Source: an uncultured Syntrophaceae bacterium (GTDB lineage: Bacteria; Desulfobacterota; Syntrophia; Syntrophales; UBA6807). Taken from it: a DNA stretch of 64,000 nt. Numbering within the stretch: position 1 is the stretch's first letter; each line of letters begins with the position of its first letter. The notes beneath the pieces are model-generated. The model was not told the DNA's origin. It was given only the letters and a program-made list of their open reading frames with translations, and searched no databases. A program made the position numbers and the translations under genes. The stretch covers positions 11,700 to 75,699 of the forward strand of contig CAZGAK010000003.1 of the NCBI GenBank assembly GCA_964523565.1, in the 5' to 3' direction. Positions 58,983 through 64,000 of this stretch are shown one piece after another.

Positions 58983-59465
58983 ATGTTTAAAATTGGTGAC
59001 TTGGCTGTCTATCCGGCACATGGTGTTGGGATCATTGAAGCCATAGAAAGTAAGGAAATTATGGGATGTAAGCAGCCATTTTACGTAATCAAGATTTTGG
59101 GTAATAACATGACAATCATGATTCCACAGAATGGCGCTAAATCTGTTGGTTTGAGAGGCTTAATTTCAAAGGAAGAAATTCCCCGGGTTTATGATATACT
59201 GAAAGAGCGGGATGTTATACTTGACCGGCAAACATGGAATAAAAGGTACAAGGAATACTGGGAAAAAATTAAAACTGGATCAGCTTATGAAATAGCCAAG
59301 GTTTTACGGGATCTCCTGAGGTTAAAAGTTGACAAGGATTTATCTTTCGGCGAAAGAAAAATGATGGATACTGCGAAGAATCTTTTGATAAAAGAAATAT
59401 CCATAGCCAGTGATCTTGAAGAAACAAAAATAGAAAAAGATCTTAATGCTATATTTTCCGTATAA
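58983..59465 (+). CDS. carD: CarD-family transcriptional regulator
   Basis: FKIGDLAVYPAHGVGIIEAIE is a CarD/TRCF RID-like N terminus. ATG at 58983. Confidence 0.85.
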   Translation: MFKIGDLAVYPAHGVGIIEAIESKEIMGCKQPFYVIKILGNNMTIMIPQNGAKSVGLRGLISKEEIPRVYDILKERDVILDRQTWNKRYKEYWEKIKTGSAYEIAKVLRDLLRLKVDKDLSFGERKMMDTAKNLLIKEISIASDLEETKIEKDLNAIFSV

Positions 59466-59592
59466 GAGAGTTAAATTTTTTAGTTAATTTCTTATTTTTT
59501 ACTCATATAGTATTTTTTAATTTATAAAAAAGCTCTTTGAAAAATTAATAAGTAACAGAATTAGAGAGTATTATTACAGGAAAGGAGAAAAA

Positions 59593-60627
59593 ATGTTTCA
59601 AGTAATTATGAGGCTCTTTCTGATTGTTGCTTGTTCGATAAGTGGTTATTTTATTATACAATATAATTATCCATCTTTATCAATAATCGGTTTAATATCA
59701 GGATTAATAATAGCATTATTAGTCATTCAAATCGAACAAGCCATAAGGAAGCTGTCTCTACGGGTTATCTTTGGCGGTGTGATCGGTACCATCGTCGGCC
59801 TCTTGATTGCCATCCTCTTTGCCTATGGTCTCAGGTTTATTCCGGCCATGGAGAAACAGGACATTGTTCCATTGGAAATAGTATACTTTGTGCTTACCAT
59901 AAGCCTTGGATATCTGGGCCTCGTTCTCGGATCGAAAAAAAGTGAAGAATTTCAACTTCCTGGGTCTTCCCAATCAAAAGGTTCCTTAAGGGGAGTTTCA
60001 GATCATAAAATTCTGGATACAAGCGTTATTATTGACGGAAGAATAATGGATGTTTGCGATACCGGTTTTGTGGAAGGTAGTTTGGTCGTTCCTCGATTTG
60101 TACTGGATGAGTTACAACTTATTGCGGATTCATCAGACTCAATGAAACGTTCCCGTGGTCGAAGAGGATTGGATATTCTTAACAAGATGCAAAAAAGTGG
60201 TAGCGTACAAATCAATATCGTAGATCAGGATTTTCCAAAGCTAAAGGGTGTTGATGCCAAACTTGTTGCCTTGGCAAAGAAGAGAAATTGTAAACTTGTT
60301 ACGAATGATTTTAATCTGAACAAGGTTGCCGAGCTGCAGGGTGTAAAAATTTTAAATGTAAATGAACTCGCAAATGCATTAAAACCTGTGGTGTTGCCGG
60401 GTGAGGCTATAACGGTTAAGGTCATTAAAGAGGGCAAGGAACCGGGTCAAGGCGTGGCATATCTTGAAGATGGAACGATGGTGGTTATTGATCATGCTGA
60501 TAAATCTTTAGGCCAGACAGTTCAGGTGGTTGTAACCAGCGTACTTCAGACGACAGCGGGGAGAATGATATTTTCTAATATGAAAGAAGTTGTGGTTGAG
60601 CAGAGGCGTGCAGGTCAGAACTCGTAG
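59593..60627 (+). CDS. PIN/TRAM domain membrane protein (YacL-like)
   Basis: N-terminal TM helices, a PIN domain ([11 protein letters not shown]) and a C-terminal TRAM-like domain. Confidence 0.8.
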   Translation: MFQVIMRLFLIVACSISGYFIIQYNYPSLSIIGLISGLIIALLVIQIEQAIRKLSLRVIFGGVIGTIVGLLIAILFAYGLRFIPAMEKQDIVPLEIVYFVLTISLGYLGLVLGSKKSEEFQLPGSSQSKGSLRGVSDHKILDTSVIIDGRIMDVCDTGFVEGSLVVPRFVLDELQLIADSSDSMKRSRGRRGLDILNKMQKSGSVQINIVDQDFPKLKGVDAKLVALAKKRNCKLVTNDFNLNKVAELQGVKILNVNELANALKPVVLPGEAITVKVIKEGKEPGQGVAYLEDGTMVVIDHADKSLGQTVQVVVTSVLQTTAGRMIFSNMKEVVVEQRRAGQNS

Positions 60628-60641
60628 GTCAGTTTAAGCTG

Positions 60642-60675
60642 AAGGCCCGGAAAGTATTCCGGGCCTTTTATGTTT
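60642..60675 (+). terminator. rho-independent terminator
   Basis: aaggcccggaa-agta-ttccgggcctt followed by ttatgttt. Confidence 0.7.
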
Positions 60676-60683
60676 GAAGTGGA

Positions 60684-61409
60684 GTGAATGTGAAGGTTGT
60701 TGCAATTATTGTAGCTGGAGGTTCGGGAAAGAGGATGGGGAACAGTCGTTCCAAGCAGTATCTCTTACTGGGTGGTGTGCCCATTCTTGTCCACACATTA
60801 CGAACTTTTGAAAGGGCCTCGGTTATTGATCATATCGTGCTCGTTGTTCCGGAAAATGATATTGATTACACGAGGCATTCAATCGTTGAACAATACCAGA
60901 TTTCAAAAGTAAAATATGTAGTTGCCGGTGGCAGTAAAAGACAGGATTCTGTCAGAAACGGCCTTGATATTGTAAGTGATGAAAACGAAATAATAGTTAT
61001 TCATGACGGAGTACGGCCCTTTATTCCAGAGGAACTCATAAATGTTTCTGTTCAGAAGGCATTCGAAGAAGGTGCGGTAACGGTTGGTGTGGCAGTAAAA
61101 GACACGGTGAAATCTGTTGACAGGGATGGATTGATCAAAGAAACCCTTAAGAGAGATATTCTGTGGCTTACTCAAACACCTCAGGCCTTTAGGAGAGAAA
61201 TTATCAAAAGAGCGTATCAGAGAGCTCATGAAGATAATATTTACTGCACCGATGATGCTTCGCTTGTTGAACGGATTAATATAAAGGTAAGGATGATTAA
61301 CGGTTCTTATGATAACATCAAGATTACAACTCCCGAAGACCTTGAATTGGGCGAGTATTTATTGAGAAAAAGTGCCGGGACGCCAGGACACAAAGAAGAA
61401 ACAGATTAA
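60684..61409 (+). CDS. ispD: 2-C-methyl-D-erythritol 4-phosphate cytidylyltransferase
   Basis: AIIVAGGSGKRMG motif; GTG start; sits beside ispF. Confidence 0.9.
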   Translation: MNVKVVAIIVAGGSGKRMGNSRSKQYLLLGGVPILVHTLRTFERASVIDHIVLVVPENDIDYTRHSIVEQYQISKVKYVVAGGSKRQDSVRNGLDIVSDENEIIVIHDGVRPFIPEELINVSVQKAFEEGAVTVGVAVKDTVKSVDRDGLIKETLKRDILWLTQTPQAFRREIIKRAYQRAHEDNIYCTDDASLVERINIKVRMINGSYDNIKITTPEDLELGEYLLRKSAGTPGHKEETD

Positions 61410-61465
61410 TATTTCAAAAGCTTTGTGCCATAATGTTTTAATGGCCGACTCAAAGAGGAAAAAAG

Positions 61466-61945
61466 ATGAAAATTGGTGTCGGATATGACAGCCACAGGCT
61501 GGTCAAAGGAAGAAGTCTCATCCTGGGAGGTGTGGAAATACCCCATGAAAAAGGACTTCTTGGGCATTCCGATGCGGATGTTCTTTTACATGCCATATGC
61601 GATGCCATTCTCGGTGCCTTGGGGATGGGTGATATAGGGAAACATTTTCCAGACACCGATCCTTCCTATAAAGACATGTCAAGTCTTAATCTTCTCTTTA
61701 AGGTTAAGGATTTGGCGATCCGGGAGGATTATAAAATAAACAACATAGATTCTACAATAATTCTGGAAAATCCCAGGTTAAAAGAGCACATATATGAAAT
61801 GGTACAAAATATCTCAGAAGTTTTAGATATAAACGCGGATAAGGTGAACATTAAAGCAACGACTAATGAGGGGATGGGCTTTACAGGTCGTGGTGAGGGC
61901 ATCGCCGCCTTTGCCGTCGTATCGATAAAAAAAGAGGCCATGTAA
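61466..61945 (+). CDS. ispF: 2-C-methyl-D-erythritol 2,4-cyclodiphosphate synthase
   Basis: IGVGYDSHRL and GHSDADVLLHA motifs. Confidence 0.93.
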   Translation: MKIGVGYDSHRLVKGRSLILGGVEIPHEKGLLGHSDADVLLHAICDAILGALGMGDIGKHFPDTDPSYKDMSSLNLLFKVKDLAIREDYKINNIDSTIILENPRLKEHIYEMVQNISEVLDINADKVNIKATTNEGMGFTGRGEGIAAFAVVSIKKEAM

Positions 61946-61948
61946 CAG

Positions 61949-63406
61949 ATGTCAAAAAAACCAAGAGTAAGATTCGCTCCTTCTCCCACGGGTGAACTCC
62001 ATGTGGGAAATGCCAGGACTGCTCTTTTTAACTGGCTGTTTTCTCGACATTATGGTGGGGAATTTATCCTTCGGATTGAAGATACTGACAGGGAGAGGAC
62101 TTCAAAGGATTTTGAAGACGGAATTCTGAAAGAACTTCAGTGGCTTCATATTGATTGGGACGAAGGACCTGGAAAAGATGGGGCCTTCGGTCCGTATCAT
62201 CAGTTCGAGCGGCTTGATATCTATAAAAAATATCTCGATAAACTGATTAAAGAGGATAAAGTATATCCGTGCTATTGCACTGAAGAAGAGCTGAAGGAAG
62301 AGAGGGCAAGGCTCATTTCAATGAGGCAGAGGCCCAGATATATGGGAAAATGCAGAAATCTTACCGCCGACCAAAGGGCAGAATTTGAAAATAAAGGGAG
62401 AAATCCTGCCTTCCGCTTTAAGGTCGAAAAAGGAATCGTAGAGTTCAAAGACCAGATCCGCGGGGCCATGAGATTTGATTGTGATTCCATTGGAGATTTT
62501 ATTATTATGCGTTCCAACGGGATTCCCGCATACAATTTTGCAGTTGTTATCGATGATCATTACATGGAAATAAGCCATGTCATAAGAGGAGAAGATCATC
62601 TCTCCAATACGGCATTGCAAATGCTTCTCTATAGGGCATTGGGATTTGAACCCCCGTTCTTTGCGCACCATTCTCTGATTCTGGGAAAGGATCGGACAAA
62701 ATTGAGCAAAAGACACGGCTCTGTTTCTGTGAGGGAATTCAGGGAAAAGGGAATTCTGCCGGAGGTATTCCTGAATTATCTTTCCCTTCTTGGAAGCTCT
62801 TTTGGCGGGGGAAAAGAAGTCTGTTCGATTAAAGAAATAATCGAAGTATTTTCCTTGCAAAGAGCGGGTAAAAGCGGTGCAATTTTTGATGAAAGTAAAT
62901 TGAAGTGGTTAAATGGTATTTATATTAGAAATTACAACCTGGAAAAACTAACAAGACAACTGATTCCTTTTATTAATAATGCCGGATATAATTGTTCTTC
63001 TCTCGATGAGATGTGGCTTTTTTCAGTCGTAGAGGCTATCAGGGATAACCTGACCGCTCTCTCCGACATTGGGGAATGTATTGATATGTTTTTTGATGCA
63101 AAGTATGAACTGTCTCCTGATGCCCAGTCTCTTTTGAAAGAAAAGGAAGCTCTTGGGGTTGTCAGGCTGGTTCGTGATTCACTGGCCCATATAAACAGCC
63201 ACAGCAATGATGTATATAGTTTAGTTATCAATACCGTACGCGAGAATACAGACCTGAAAGGGCGGAAATTATTTATGCCCATAAGAGCTGCTGTAACAGG
63301 GAAACTTGCTGGCCCGGAGCTTGAAAAAATATTTGCTATTCTGGGGAGAGATTCAATTCTCAAGCGAGTGGAAAGGGCTATGGAAATTGTAGGGATTAAG
63401 GATTAA
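61949..63406 (+). CDS. gltX: glutamate--tRNA ligase
   Basis: RFAPSPTGELHVGNAR (HIGH-type) and KLSKRHG (KMSKS-type) motifs. Confidence 0.95.
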   Translation: MSKKPRVRFAPSPTGELHVGNARTALFNWLFSRHYGGEFILRIEDTDRERTSKDFEDGILKELQWLHIDWDEGPGKDGAFGPYHQFERLDIYKKYLDKLIKEDKVYPCYCTEEELKEERARLISMRQRPRYMGKCRNLTADQRAEFENKGRNPAFRFKVEKGIVEFKDQIRGAMRFDCDSIGDFIIMRSNGIPAYNFAVVIDDHYMEISHVIRGEDHLSNTALQMLLYRALGFEPPFFAHHSLILGKDRTKLSKRHGSVSVREFREKGILPEVFLNYLSLLGSSFGGGKEVCSIKEIIEVFSLQRAGKSGAIFDESKLKWLNGIYIRNYNLEKLTRQLIPFINNAGYNCSSLDEMWLFSVVEAIRDNLTALSDIGECIDMFFDAKYELSPDAQSLLKEKEALGVVRLVRDSLAHINSHSNDVYSLVINTVRENTDLKGRKLFMPIRAAVTGKLAGPELEKIFAILGRDSILKRVERAMEIVGIKD

Positions 63407-63425
63407 TCCTCTTTGGCAATAATAG

Positions 63426-63467
63426 GGCCAGTTTTCGATCATGTCGAATACTGGCCCTTCATTTTTG
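63426..63467. terminator. hairpin plus T-run between the convergent gltX and carboxyltransferase genes
   Basis: gggccagt-N17-actggccc followed by ttcattttt. Confidence 0.45.
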
Positions 63468-63501
63468 AACTTGAAACTTGAAACCTGAAACTCGAAACTT
63501 A
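63468..63501. repeat. short CTTGAAA/CTCGAAA tandem array
   Basis: gaacttgaaacttgaaacctgaaactcgaaactt. Confidence 0.7.
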
Positions 63502-63503
63502 AT

Positions 63504-64000
63504 TTACAGCGGAATGTTGTTGTGTTTTTTGGGAGGCCTTACCTCCGATTTATCCTTGAGGGCATCCAGAAGAGTGGCTACCCGTTTTCTTGTCTCTCTC
63601 GGTGCGATGACCTCTTCAATTATTCCCATGCGTGCTGCGAAATAGGGATTATTGAACTGCTCTTCATAGGCAGCAACTAATTCTTTCCTTTTGGCTGCGG
63701 GATCTTCAGCGGCTGCGATTTCACGACGGTAGATGATGTTGCAGGCCCCTTCTGCGCCCATAACTGCGATTTCGGCTGTCGGCCACGCCATCACATAGTC
63801 AGCACCCAGCTGCTTACTGCACATGCCAATATAAGCTCCACCATAATCTTTACGGGTTACAACTGTAATCTTTGGCACAGTAGCTTCGGCATATACATGA
63901 AGAAGCTTGGCTCCGTGGCTGATAATCCCGGCCCACTCCTGGGTAGTCCCCGGCATGTATCCAGGAACATCGGCAAAGGTTAAAAGGGGAATATTAAATG
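63504..64000 (-). CDS. acyl-CoA carboxylase carboxyltransferase (beta) subunit, C-terminal part (5' end beyond the window)
   Basis: The reading frame is open to the window edge (...PLLTFADVPGYMPGTTQEWAGIISHGAKLL...VTRKDYGGAY), as in propionyl-CoA carboxylase beta / methylmalonyl-CoA carboxyltransferase. Confidence 0.85.
   Translation of the reverse strand, partial: FNIPLLTFADVPGYMPGTTQEWAGIISHGAKLLHVYAEATVPKITVVTRKDYGGAYIGMCSKQLGADYVMAWPTAEIAVMGAEGACNIIYRREIAAAEDPAAKRKELVAAYEEQFNNPYFAARMGIIEEVIAPRETRKRVATLLDALKDKSEVRPPKKHNNIPL

Overview
This 64-kb window looks chromosomal. It has about 55 credible protein genes, and I saw no rRNA, tRNA or CRISPR array. Gene content suggests an anaerobic, fatty-acid-oxidising deltaproteobacterium (Syntrophales-like), but the taxon is inference only. 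Core content: hemW-lepA-adk; a translationally coupled beta-oxidation operon (thiolase, FadJ-like enzyme, acyl-CoA ligase, ACAD::SCP2 fusion); several hydrolases and a sirtuin; rubrerythrin, threonine aldolase, a J-protein, a Phd/VapC pair, an M23 peptidase, an LpxR-like protein, ligA, an EF-G paralogue and carD-yacL-ispD-ispF-gltX. The accessory highlight is a roughly 13.6-kb island (19.4-33.1 kb) built on a Type I R-M locus with cargo at every subunit junction. Its order is hsdM, [fic], (hsdM 3' remnant), hsdS, [1191-aa orphan ORF], (hsdR 5' stub), [rhuM], hsdR. hsdR is broken by one in-frame TAG just upstream of its Walker A motif. The 1191-aa ORF overlaps R-M genes at both ends, looks nuclease-like at its N terminus and is otherwise unrecognisable to me. 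It is my best candidate for an undescribed R-M-embedded defence effector. The window also carries at least five small repeat families: two MITE-like elements, REP-like palindromes, a GEG/TTTACGAA composite palindrome and CAAGG arrays. These sit at gene-decay breakpoints, create false N-terminal ORF extensions, and one copy is read in-frame inside hsdM. All calls come from reading the sequence and the ORF track by eye; no searches were run.
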